NCBI GenBank assembly: GCA_024704765.1 | Contig: JAKMXF010000346.1 | Span: 130,015 to 194,014 of the forward strand | Source of the DNA: Oopsacas minuta | Taxonomy: Eukaryota > Animalia > Porifera | Reading direction: 5' to 3' | Length of the DNA stretch: 64,000 nt | Part shown: positions 37,818 to 50,601 of the stretch, one piece after another | Layout of the letters: every line of letters begins with the position of its first letter | How positions within the stretch are numbered: position 1 is the first letter of the stretch | Made by a program: the position numbers and the translations under genes | The notes under the pieces: generated by a model | What the model was told of the DNA's origin: nothing | Databases searched by the model: none | Seen by the model: the letters and a program-made list of their open reading frames with translations, nothing else

Positions 37818-40117
37818 CACAGGTCAACAAAATTTAACTTCATTTTCTCATCAAGTATTAGATTGACATTTTCTAAGCTAGTTTTATACGCTGAATTCAA
37901 ATCTGCTTTCAGATTCTTTCGGCACGTCCAGGTTTTTTTCCATCTACAAGTCAACGATTTTTATGTATTTCCTAAATTTTTCCTGTTATTTTATGGTAGT
38001 GGCTGTCTTTTTGTCTTCTTACATGATAGCCATCTGAAATAAATCAACATTTCGATGTTTTAGATTAATGCCAAAGTAATATCAGTTATTATCCTAGCTC
38101 TTACATATAATTATTCACATTCATGCATGTATCAACTACTCACAAACTAAGGGGAAATACACATCCATCTAGAAGTATAAAGGTAGCTAACTAAATTAAA
38201 AGTGTTGAGAGTATGACTTCTATTTATATATCTTGTTGGGATTATCTCTGAAGAGCCTCCAACAGTGATCGGACATCATGCCCTCATTCCTGAAACCTTT
38301 GTATCGGGTTCCCATCTCCTGTATGTCTTGGTGGAATCTCTCACCCTAGGGAGGGGTTCATCACTTACAGCACCAAGGTTCTCAGGGAAAAATCAAGGTG
38401 AGAGCGCAAGAAGTGAAGTTTTAGCGACATGAGACAGCCCATCTTCTCGTATGCGTTAAGCAAGGTTTCCACTCCTTCTCTGTAGTTGGACGACTTCTTG
38501 TTAGCCAAAAGGTTTTCACAAACCCATTTGAATGAATTCCAAGCACACATTTCTAATTCGGATAATGTCTTCTCGAAATCTGGATCTCTGAATACTTGTC
38601 TGATTTGTGGTCCTACAAATACTCCCTCTTTTAACTTTGCCTCGCTTAGTTTCGGAAATTTGCCAACCAAATGCAGAAATCCTGCTGAATTTGTTTTGCC
38701 CATTGTTTAACGAATGTTTTCATTAATCCAAGTTTAATATGAAGTGAGGGTAAGAAAACTTTGTTTGGGTCTACCAATGGCGAATGCTGTAAATTGGTTT
38801 TCCCCACTTCATAGGTTCTCTTCGGCCAATCACATTTTTTATAATGTTCACCAGTTGCTCGGCTGTCCCATAGACATAGGAAACAACAATACTTTGTAAA
38901 ACCTTGTTGCAAGCCCATCAATAGCCCGATTATCTTAAGATCACCGCAGATATTCCATATATGTGTTCTATACTGTATTGCCTCCAAAACTTCCTGCAAA
39001 TTGACGAAGGTTTCTCTGAGATAGACGGAGTGAGCAATTGGAACGCCAGGCTTTAGATTTCCGTTATGCACCAGAACAACTTTCAAACTGCGTTTTGACG
39101 AGTCGATGAAAAGGCGCCAATCAGAGGTAGAATGTTCTTGTAATACGTTTGCATAGAGTCCTTCGATATCATTACAATTGCACAGTGGACCATCAGTGGT
39201 GTAGTATTGAGCGAGATCGAAATTTCGCTTGCGATTGTGGGATACTAGGACATCTTTGTCGAGTAGGTTTTTCTGTTTGAGCCTGGATGCAAGGAGTTCA
39301 TCTTTGTCTTTAGATAAGTCTAGATCCCTGACCAGGTCATTCAATTCTCCCTGTGTAAATGTTTGTGGCTCTAGTAATTCATCTTCGGAACATAATTAGC
39401 ATCTGTAGAATCTGCATGAACATCTTCCACCATATCAGACCCAATTTTAATTTGCTGTGGCTTGGGAATTGGGATTGGTAATGAGATGTCGTGTGGAATT
39501 GGCCTGCGAGCAGAATCCAAGTCTGGGTGAACAAGAGCGTGCTTATTCTTGGCTGAGAATCCTGTAATGTCGATAGGGCAAAAGTAACAATCATCAAGGT
39601 GATTTTTCTGTTCCCTCCAGACCATGGGTATTGCAAATGGCATTGAAACTTTCCTTTTGTTCAACCAATCACGTAGTCCACTTGACAAGAAGTGCATATA
39701 ACATGTGGTGCCCACGACTTGTCTTGGTCACCAAGTGGACATTCGAAGTACAATTTGTATAAGTTCTTTAATTGATTCGTGATTGGTCGTCTTTGTGATT
39801 TTACGCAAAAAAGACCACAAACGTAACAGAAATTGTCGGGATGAGTTCTACAATTACGATGCATGTTTATAATTTGATTTGATTTGCTTGAATTCAAATA
39901 AGTAAAGTCATTTATATTCCAGATAATTGAATCAAAATAGGCATGCTCATATAGCAATTTAGTAACTAGGTAATACCATACTATTGAAAAAATGGATATT
40001 GGATTTCAGAATAACTAGACGCGCTAGAGAAATTCTGATCGCAGATTCAGTTCAGCATTCAAAAGTATGCTAGGATAAATGTATGTGATCTCTGATGAGA
40101 AATCTTGTTGAGTTGTG
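37818..40117 (-). mobile_element. Chapaev3-like (CMC) transposon, defective, copy A
   Basis: CAC...GTG termini. PDNFCYVCG, LGDQDKSWAPH, MPFAIPMVWREQKNHLDDCYFC, WRLFIDSS, CGDLK, LHIKLGLMK, GPQIR, GERFHQD. Near-identical inverted copy at 50602..52896. Confidence 0.8.
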
Positions 40118-40856
40118 TTGTCAGCCAATATACTTGATATAAGTGGGAATTGTAGTCACAGGTCGCTTAATATGTCCAATGTGCTGCCACAATCACTTTG
40201 AATAAATGATTTCTCATCTTGGAACTCTTGCATTATGATCACGTTGCAAATTTATATTTTCCGAATTTCAGGAATTTGTATTTTGATCATACATCAGTCA
40301 TTTACTGCCGAGATTACTAGTCAAAACTCATGTATGTGCTCCATTGTCAGTACCTAAGCCCATTTTGTGTATTTTAGATGGATCATGGATAATCTGATTT
40401 TAAAATTTCATCTACTTTATATATTCGAGTCGCAAATTGCTGGCCAAAAGTACTAAGATATTTAGCTGTTTCAGGCTTGTCCTCAACTCGATTTATTAAG
40501 CTGTCGTGAAGCTACCTAGTAACGTAGGGCGTTATTTTTATTGAATTATTTGTGAACTTAAGGAAGCCTATCTGTATTCTTTAATTACCTGTTTTACTAC
40601 ATTATAACCTCAGTTTTACAAACACATCTGTATACACTACGCATTTCTTTCCTACTCAGTGTTATTTTATCCTTAACTCCCAAACCAGTATATACATGCA
40701 TATGATTATAGCTCTCTGCGATACGGCCTGAAACATTATTGGGATATGGTAATATACTAGTAAATGGAAACGGTAAAAATCTCAAATCAGCCTCTGTTCC
40801 AAAGTAGGGTAGTTTGAGTTGGATTCATGTCGGTTAAAAATACTTTGGATTAATAA

Positions 40857-43697
40857 CACTGATATACAAAATTGTGAAAAGTTTTTGATGATTAAATAAA
40901 AATAGCTGAAATTGAATCATTTGAAGGGACTATTTATGAATGAGTTAAGTATGTATTCACAACAGGTCTATAATTTGTAATTTTCTGGTTGGAAGATTGC
41001 ACCAATATGAGATTAGATATGTGAAATTATACATACATTCATGTTAATTACCTTCTAAATCATACTAATATTAACTATCACTAGCGCGTTAGCTTACTTG
41101 CGCTAGCGGTTCTAACACTTCGTGTCCGTACTCGGCCTTCGGCCCTCGCTTTGACTGTTAGTTTGTGTGATATTCGGAATCAGCGTACCCGATTACCCCA
41201 CAATAACCGTTGAAACCACATTTCTAGGATTTTGAAATTTGTTTACTTTTTGTTTCCTATATATTCATATAAACCAGCTAAATTTGTATATGACAAATCC
41301 ATAAGTGTGATTCGGATCAGCACATTCGCTAACCTTTAGTCAAGTTTTATGAAATTTGTATATCTTCCTGATTAACACCATAGATATATAGATACAAACA
41401 TTTTTGCAAATATGAATTCCACATTCCATTTCAGCTTCCTTAGCAACGGACAAACGGACAGACAACAATTGAGATTTAATATAGATTCATATTTAATCGT
41501 CTAAAAATTGTTTTTTCCTCGACTTTCTTTTGTGTAGAACGTCAGGCTTGTTGTGTTGCAAACACCAACAGTAGTCTGCCATCATACTGGAATTCCATTT
41601 TCTTTGGTATCTGTGTTCAATGTCACTAATATCCTGATGAAAACGTTCGCCTTGTTCTTCGCTTAGTGCCCAAGATTTTTTGGAAAATAATTCAGGTGTG
41701 AGTGAAGGAAATGGATTTTTATAGACATTCTCGCACCGAGCATTTTGTAATTCTCTATTAATCTCTCGACAATGTCAGCATAGTTGTCAACTTTGTGATT
41801 TCCAAGGAAACTTTCTACCACATCACGAAAACTCAGCCAAGCTTTCCTCTGTAGGCTACTTAATTCTTTAAGAAATTCATCATCTTTGAATAGCTCCCTT
41901 ATTTGTGGTCCAACGAAGATGCCACCTTTAATCTTCGCATCAGAAATTGCAGGGAATTTTTCCACGAGGTACAAAAAACTTCCACAATCCTTGGGCAATG
42001 CCTTCACAAAATTTTTCATTAAACCAAGTTTAATGTGAAGAGGTGGTAACAAGACATCGTTAGAATCCACAAGTGGTTCTTGAATAACATTGTGACTACC
42101 AGGAACTAAATGGTCTCGATGCGACCACACTTTCTGGACGTAATGTCGAGCGTCTGCACGGCTATCCCACAAACACAGAAAACATGGATATTTGGTGTAA
42201 CCACCTTGTTGTCCAAGAAGTAATGATATGACCTTAAGATCTCCACAAATTAACCATCGATGCATGGTGTAATTTAGTGCATCTAGGAAGACTTTCATGC
42301 TGTCGTAAGTCTCCTTAAGTTGAAAAGAATGTGTAACTGGAATACACGCAAGCTTGTTGCCATTATGGAGTAACACTCCCTTTAAACTTCTTTTAGAGGA
42401 ATCAATAAATAATCGCCATTCTTCAGGATTATATTTCACTCCAAGCTTTTCTATCAGACCAGGAATATTTCCACAATATACAAATGATGGCTGTAAGTGA
42501 AAAAATTTAAGCAAATCTTGTTCTCTAGTTCGATATTTCGAAATATTCGCCTCCGGAAGTAGTAAATTCTTCTGTTTTAGACGTGAAGCAAGAATTTCTG
42601 AAGACGATTTTGGTAAATTAAGATCTCTTATTAGGTCATCAAGATCATCTTGATCAAAAAGCTAAGGAGAATTATCATCTGGTGGGAGTATGTACTCGTC
42701 AGAATCTCCACTACTATCATTGTCACTGCTACTGTCTAATATTTCCAATGGAACTGGTACAGGTAGGTCCTCTGAATGTGGAACTGGCCTAATGGCGGAC
42801 GGTACGTCTGGGTACGCAATACTGGATTTATTCTTTTTTGTGATACCATCAATTTTCGTCATGCAGAAATAACAATCCGAAAGATGACACATTGGTTCTC
42901 TCCATATCATTGGAACCGCAAACGGCATTTTCTTTCTCCTCCCAGCATACCACAAGCGTAAGTTCTCAACGCATGTCTTACAAGCATTGTGTGGAGCCCA
43001 GGGCTTATCTTGATCCCCAAGATGGCATCCAAAATATGCGAAATAACAGCGTTCTACAGCCTTTGTGATATTTTGCCGTTGGTCAGTTGTAGTATACCTC
43101 CCACAAATATAACAAAACTTTTCAGGCGAATTTTTACAAACCCGAGAAGCATAAACAATAAAATGAACAAGATAAACTAACTGTCGAGTGGAATAAAACA
43201 GATTATAGCTACTATTAGAGGCAATTTACATCATATAAGCAATTCAAACCAAATAAATGCGATAAGGGTGATGTGTAGAATTGAATTTAGAAATATTTTG
43301 ACGATATAGTCAATTAAAAGACCGAAATAACTAAAATAGAAATTTCTTACTTTTTTAGTACCCCTGAGAATGAAAAAAATACATAATAATTCCCAATGTA
43401 TATCTACACTATGCAAAAATAATAGAGAAAGAAGATCATCAAAAATGTTGTATATCTGTGTAATCTGTACAGTTTGGAAGAAATTAACGAAATTATTTGG
43501 CGTCGGCTCTGGAGTATTACGTATCATCCATGTAACTGATTTTTACTATTATCTTCTAAACTTTTCATTTACCAGATTGGTGATCAAAGTGTATATTATT
43601 GACAGCATTAAACCAGCCCTAAGTATCACAATTCTAAGTTTTTAGATCTCTGGTCATGATCAAATTTTCATTTTTCACTAAATTGTTCGGACAATCG
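40857..43697 (-). mobile_element. Chapaev3-like transposon, second subfamily, defective
   Basis: Pseudo-CDS 43152..41493 with the same motif set (KFCYICG...LPPLHIKLGLMKNFVKA...SEEQGERFHQD...ADYCW). Three lesions: G loss after ATG, TAG at 42662, G loss near 41670. Termini tentative. Confidence 0.78.
41081..41485 (-). mobile_element. Non-autonomous Helitron nested at the 3' side of the Chapaev3-like element
   Basis: A|TCTATATT start, (TCTG/TCCG) tract, 3' hairpin plus CTAG|T. Confidence 0.72.
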
Positions 43698-44032
43698 GGT
43701 CAAAAGTACTACAATCCAGCACAATATAGAATTCTATTGCGGTACCACTGAATCAATTTGGATTCAATTCTGATTTATCTTTGTGAATCAATCCCATATG
43801 GAGAACGTATAAAGTAGCTAGCAAAGTAAGATTTCATACAACAGAGTAACTGATGCACCTTAGTATTTATGTATATATACGTATATGCACACATATATGT
43901 ATATATCACTCAGTCATTTTCACTGAGCCACTATACTATAAAGTATAGTCGGTACAGTTTACTTCCCTCTCCTGGCCCTTCGTATAATCTTGTGTTTTTG
44001 CGTTTTCTAATTTCTGTCCATTGAATCTTTAG

Positions 44033-44631
44033 GTTCCCAAACGTAAAGCAGCTGAAAGAACGATAGAACTCTTTTCGCATCTTTATCAGTCCGATCCATC
44101 CCATCTTATTACTGCTGATCCCAGACTGATGTTTTCCTCACATGGCATTCACCCATCAGTTTTGAAATTTGGTGGCCAATTATCCAAAAGTGATATAGCT
44201 GGTTCTAGCAGCCGTTCAGTTGCACTTCTGGCTGCCTTCCAAAATGTCATCAGTGATTACCAAACCCCTGAAAATAAGGATTTAGTTCGAGAAATCATTA
44301 AGGTTATTGAACCATGTATTAATTTTTTAAAACAATGTTGTCCACTTTCTCTATCTATGCGCAATACTGTTACATATATGAAATATATACTAAAAAGTAT
44401 TCCAAATAATCTCGATGAACAAGGAGGAAAAAAATGGTTCTTACAACAGTCCAAAAAGTCCATTCATGCTCGCATACTTTTAGCCGCAAATATAATTTTA
44501 GATCTTGTAATTCATCAGATTAGAGATGATGATGTTATTCTTGTATATTTACCATGTGCTCTAGTGATGAATATTATATTAGAAGCAAATTCAAGAGGGA
44601 TTAAATTTCGCGTTCTAATTATTGACTCAAG
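44033..44631 (+). CDS. EIF2B4: eIF2B subunit delta, second identified coding exon
   Basis: VPKRK...ELFSHLYQ...IHPSVLKFG...GSSSRSVALL...DYQTP...CPLSLSMRN...DDVILVY...FRVLIIDSR. Ends AG|GTACTT (phase 2). Confidence 0.92.
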
Positions 44632-46379
44632 GTACTTTCTTATAGCATATAGTATAATTTTGTGTTGTTTAGATAATTCTGATCTTTAAATGTGTTTTCC
44701 AACCTCTTAATCAGGTTCCTTCACATGCAATGTTCATTCCATGAAATTTCATCATAATCTGACGCCATTTGGCTGTTGCGAAATTACTATAATATATTTA
44801 CCTGTATTTTAACTCTTATTGAAAATTTCAAATTTCCTTGGCCTGCCCCAATTATGTTACTAAGTAATATTTTCGATTATGCCGAATTACTTCTCTGGTG
44901 CACTGTGTCCCTAAACCTCAATGATCTTTGCAAAAATGTGGCCAATGATTAGGTACGAAACCATGTATTTTTAATGTAGAATTCATTTGAAATATTTTGA
45001 CATCGATTCTAGGGAACTTGAATACAAATTTCACATCTTTATCCTATCATAAAATGCATTTTATCACTGGATCTATCAGATTTTGATGTTTAGAATGTAC
45101 TTTGTTTTATAAGTATCGACTGATGGAAAAAACGTCAGTAATTTTGGTTCTATTTGTAATGATATTTATTTTATAATTCTAGGGTTGTTGATTTATGAGT
45201 TCCCTAAGTGATGATAGATTACCGAGGAAAACTATGATGTTGTAATTTCGGTTATTATCCAGACGTATAAATACAGTATTGGTATTACTATTATGTAAAA
45301 CTAAATTGTTTCGATTTTCCGAAAGAGATCTATTTATGCTTCACCAACAAATACATGTTTTGATTGTTAAACAAGTGGAAATACCTTGTACAAGTAGATT
45401 TTTATATCGTAGAAATTCCTAGAATTTGATTTACCATACTCTAAAACCTAGAAAACTAAGTATCTACTTTACAATTTGAATGAATGTAGCGATTACATGA
45501 CTGTCATCTTCCTATTTCAAAATCTTGTATTGTATTATTACATGGTGATCATTAATTCGTAAGGTATGTTATTATGTATGTATTCTACCTAACTAACATA
45601 TGCGTGGAATGTAATTTATGGTCTCTTTCCTCAAATTTTGGTTTGCGACCTCAGGACTTCATTAGAGATCGGACATAATATATGTCCAACTTAGTCTAAT
45701 ACATTTACAGTTCTATTTCTAATAATCCAGACGATGAAATGATGTTTCTGTTAGAAATATGCAAAATTTCGAAGATTAGAAGGCCGCATTGGACGATCTC
45801 TTAAATTCTGTTATTATATTCTATCAAGGTCGAGGCCCCATATGTTTTTAAATAGATTCAGTTAGCTTAGTGGCGTCGAACAAGGTGGTACTCGATAGTT
45901 GAGGACTAATTTTAGGATAGAATGTGCCACATTCTTGCGTCGCTATGAAAATTATTGTCGAATGTATTCAAATGCAATGCTGGCGCCAGGGGGGACGTGG
46001 TTCCTGTAGGGCTACACCAGTTTCCGTCAGGGACACATTCGTCCTTCATCATTTAATGCATCCGCTCATTTTCATTGCTTATTACTACTTGCTGTTGCCT
46101 AAACTATAGCTATTAGTCAAATACCTAATTTGCTGAAAATTAATATTCATTGACTAAACCTCTATAATATTTCTATTCCATTATTCATGAGTTGTCAGCA
46201 TCTAGGCTTTATATTCATTTCTCCTATTCAATAATTTCCAACAATATTTCAGTGCAAGAAAATATCACCAATATATATATTCATATAACATAGTTGAGAC
46301 ATTCATATTTTCATTACACTTATTGTTCAGAACATTAAATTGTTCAACTCTGTTCCTCCTGCCAATGCAAACAGAACGA

Positions 46380-47200
46380 TGGGATAAGACCTGAAGATGC
46401 AAGCAATAATATCGAAAAGTGACCGATTTCCATCAGATTGAGGTTGTCACATATGTTTCTCTAAGGATTTGTTTACTGGACGACCTTGGCTGGAATATTT
46501 CCAGGTCGCCGATTCTGCATTTTGTTATTGTTGTCGTGCTTATCAAACATGGGCAACTTTAGGACTTTTCATATTAGAAATCTACAATGAACAACTTCAA
46601 AGAACTGAAGGACTCGAAATGTCTGTCACTTACCTCTAGGCTTTCCAAAAACGGAAGCATTTTGCGAAAATTAGTATCTTAAGTAGGTAGGACATCCTTT
46701 ACTATCCCCAATTCTTAAGACAGTGGCACTCTTCATTTTAACTTGTAGCGTTCAAGACATTTGATTTTTGGACAGTGACATGGACGCGTTGGGCAAGGTT
46801 TTCACTGTGCTGCCCGAAACAGAGGAAATCCTTTGGAGATCCTGTCCTCTTATGCAGTAAACTTATTCTTCTTTCGAAATTCTGATGAACTAATACCGCT
46901 CAAAATGTTCATCACAACATTCCTAGTATTATTCTCACCCTGCTTACCAAGTCTGTATATCACCATATTCTACTTTCAAATATTTTCTCTACTCTGTGAT
47001 GAATCTAAGCATTGAAACAAAGATTAACAAATATCAGTCTTGAGATATGCTGACAATGGGGCTATGCATGAAGTTTTCTACAATTTTGTTCAATAACACA
47101 TTGAAAGCGATACTGAAAGCCATGGAAGTATACAGTTAATCTCATTTATTTCCACAATGTTATGATCTGGCAGCTGTGAAGTCGGAGAAAGAAAGGACTC
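46380..47200 (+). mobile_element. Degenerate hAT (ZMYM1/TTF-finger type) relic
   Basis: RPWLEY...DSAFCYCCRA (about 46480..46540) and FSLLCDES...LRYADNG remnants. Boundaries approximate. Confidence 0.55.
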
Positions 47201-47679
47201 CAGTCCTTCATGCTTGCTGTGCCCCAGAGGGTTATATTTCCACTGTTACGCTCATAGATAGACCAACTTATTTGTTCTGAGCTCTGAATTTTCAATTCGC
47301 AAAATTTTTTCCTTCTTCGATCAGTTCGCACATTTAATAAGTTATTCACAGCCATAGTATCACATGATCGAATCAGAGGATTTTTTAGAATTTTTATGGG
47401 AGGCTAACCAATTTTCATGAATTAGAGGGAGTCAAAGTTTGGAGCTAAAGTGCATAACATAGTAATCATGTACTTTGCTACAAGTATCTCTTAAATACTA
47501 ACACATGATTGATAATATGGTCGTTAGCGATGAATTCTAATTAGTATATTATTGATAATCATACCACTTCATTCATTAATTTTTCTAATTTCCCAATAAT
47601 GAAAAATTAACAGTGAGATTGACCATAGCTCAGGAGAGCCATTTTGCCCCCCCTCTATTCATCTAGAAAAAACCCTGAT

Positions 47680-48250
47680 CGAATTCGTTGTCCAAAACGC
47701 TCTGTTGTTCCCAAGAAGAGGCTTGGCATGCATTTATTGACTCTTTACGTAGCATCAATCCATGGTTCTCACAAAACCCTGACAGAATAGCTGCTGCAGA
47801 ATTCATTCTAGGATTCGCACGATTTTATTGTAAATCTGGTCCTTTTCCAAGATATACTCCATATGTCAAGCATGGCGGGAACTGCCTCCAGAACAACGAA
47901 ATAGACACGACCATATCGGTGGAACTCATTGCAGCTCTAAAGACCACTTTGCGAAAGTAGGCTCGTTTGAGCATTTTGGATCTCTGTTGTCCAATTAATT
48001 ACTTAGCACGACATTGCACCACCAATTAAGCGCTGAGTAGGAAATGTAGAGAGGCTTCTAATCACCATATATGGGCTAAAGACGATTAGGTCAAGCTTAT
48101 GACCAAGTTGTTGAGAGTTTGTGTCAGAGCTGGAAATTCGTTTTGATAACGAATAATCGTGTATTTTTAAAGCCATGACTGCCATGAACCCATTGTCAAA
48201 GTTTTTTAAAGTATTGAAATAATGATGTCTTTTATAGAACACTACGTAAT
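47680..48250 (-). mobile_element. Probable degenerate hAT relic
   Basis: DNG...NEFPAL...HKLDLIV-type remnants next to a ...tagaaaaaaccctg hAT-like end (about 47677); the same end type occurs near 37780. Confidence 0.4.
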
Positions 48251-48504
48251 TATTCAGGAATTGTTAAGAAGTAAATTTCAGCTCTTCAAAGGGGCTATAC
48301 AACATTACCAAAACCAGAGTGTTAGTCTATTCTCGCTGTTTACTATTTGTATGCCCTCAGCCAGGGGCGGTCGTAGGATTTGACTAGCCCGGCCCAAAGG
48401 CAGAGCTATGAGAAACAACCTAGGTCATGTTTTTACTGTGCCAAATATCACTATTCCATAGAATAATAGCTCAGTTCTAAATTGTTGGCTCAGTATCTGC
48501 GGGA

Positions 48505-48895
48505 TCTATATTATTTAATCTCAATTAATGTCTGGTTGTTTGTTTGTTTTCTTGTCAAGGAATGGATTTACGGTATGCAATTATAAAATTGTCGCATAAC
48601 TATGTATTTATCGTTTTTTCAAGGAAGTATATACGTAGAATTCAATAAAACTTCATCAAATATATCGAACATGCTGAATCCGATTTTCACAATTTGGATT
48701 ATACATATATAAATTTATTGTTGGTTTTACGAAAATATAGTAAGCTAATTAGCTAAATCTCAAAATATACGTGCAGGCTTACTCCAAATGGCTGCACAGG
48801 GGTAAGTAAGTACGCTGAATCCGAATTTGGAGAATAATGGATAACTCGAGGCGCAATACGCCGAGTTCATCGCGAAGCGACGAGCCAAAGGCTCG
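48505..48895 (+). mobile_element. Non-autonomous Helitron
   Basis: A|TCTATATT start, (TTTG)n tract, ends CGAGCCAAAGGCTCG|T. Inverted homologue of 21384..22176. Confidence 0.68.
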
Positions 48896-49672
48896 TATTT
48901 ATAATGTTTTCGCTCTACATTTCTCACCATAAGAGATTACACCAGCCAAATTTGGCATGTGTACTTCTAATGACAGCTAGCTGTGCGCCTGAGCTTTCAA
49001 AGATGTCTAATATATACGTTTTCATACCTTTGGACCTCTATAATTTAGCCCAATCAAATTGTAGGGTTTTGCAGTTGGGCGTAAATGCATAAACTTAGTT
49101 CTGGTAGATATCCGTGTAGTCCATCTCGCCATATTAGCACCGTAATGTATTTGTATTGCATGAAGACAGCAATTCTATTGTTCAATACTTTTTATTTTGT
49201 GTGTATACATAATACACTTATTTACCATATGATTAATCATATTATCACACATTTAGGAAATATTTCAATATTGTCTTAGAAATTAACTTCCGCCGGATAT
49301 TAGGGGTTAACAATGACGTAGAATTCGATTCCAAACTTCCAAACGGAACTATAACTACATTCACCGCACCATCCACTTATTGAGGTTCTACTTAAGATAA
49401 TATAATCCGAGTATAAGGAATAATTAAAAAGATGAGAGGGGACTAAATATTTTAGTTAGCAGAGCATAGAATGAGACACTGACCATTGACCACTCTCTTC
49501 GTTTTATCTCTCAGGAATTATTGGACCTTGGAACACTGAAGCATGTTGATTTTCTTCGGCAAAGATCAGCTGAGATTTGGAGAGCGAAGCCTAGAGACTG
49601 AATCTACCTCTGACCTGGTATTATGGAGGAAAGACCTTAGATGCAACGAATTTTAGTCAATTCTTCAATATA

Positions 49673-50587
49673 CAGCCAAGGGACAAAAGTATTCGACCAC
49701 ACAAATATATTGTCATAAATTGTATACTCTTTCCCGCTCCTATATATTGTGTAGTCTATATTCGTAGCTGCAATCTAGTAATTTGCATAGAATAACATAT
49801 GTTTTTCAAGAATTTCAAATAAATATTTTCGATTTACACTTTTTGAAGGTGTTATTTATTAATAAACATTAGATAATTATTGATGGTCAAAATATGTGGT
49901 AATTCAAAACCTATTAAGAATCTATAATTTCTGACTTGATATTTGAATTCTACGTAGGCGAGTTACCCCAGATTACAATTTTCAATGGGATTGGACAATT
50001 TTTGCCAAAGTTATAGAAGAATTTCAATTTGTGCCATTTGTGCCACCTTTTGTCCAAGGTGGCACAAGTGGCCGCTACGAAGAGGTTATTTTGTAATTCA
50101 AGGGTTAACATAGTCATATCATTCGAAGATATTACTTTGACTTATTCTTCCTAACCCTAGTTGATTTCCTTGTGGTGGCGCTTTATCCTGCTACTTGTGC
50201 CGCCTTGGGAAAAGGTGGCACAAATGGCACAAATTGAAATTCTTCTATAACTTTGGCAAAAATTGTCCAATCCCATTGAAAATTGTAATCTGGGGTAACT
50301 CGCCTACGTGGAATTCAAATATCAAGTCAGAAATTATAGATTCTTAATAGGTTTTGAATTACCACATATTTTGACCATCAATAATTATCTAATGTTTATT
50401 AATAATTAACACCTTCAAAAAGTGTAAATCGAAAATATTTTTTGAAATTATTGAGAAACATATGTTATTCTATGCAAATTACTAGATTGCAGCTACGAAT
50501 ATAGACTACACAATATATAGGAGCGGGAAAGAGTACACAATTTATGATAATATATTTGTGTGGTCGAATACTTTTGTCCCCTGACTG
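49673..50587. mobile_element. Tc1-type foldback (non-autonomous, very long TIRs)
   Basis: TA|CAG(C/T)CA(A/G)GGGACAAAAGTATTCGACCAC ends, TA TSDs. Inverted arms 49673..50069 and 50193..50587 (about 396 bp) surround a 123-bp spacer. Confidence 0.9.
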
Positions 50588-50601
50588 TACATTAACTATG
50601 A

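Larger units (their letters stand above)
16652..44032 (+). other. Inferred 27,381-nt phase-0 intron of EIF2B4, packed with transposons
   Basis: GTTAGT donor and CTAAT...gaatcttTAG acceptor. The join gives ...FEKQR|VPKRKAAERTIELFSHL... Confidence 0.72.

Noticed and set aside
40118-50601. Past inversion between the twin Chapaev3-like copies, suggested by mismatched TSDs
   Set aside because: Swapping the flanks gives TAA/TCA and CAA/TAA, still imperfect, and exon 2 is in the correct orientation.
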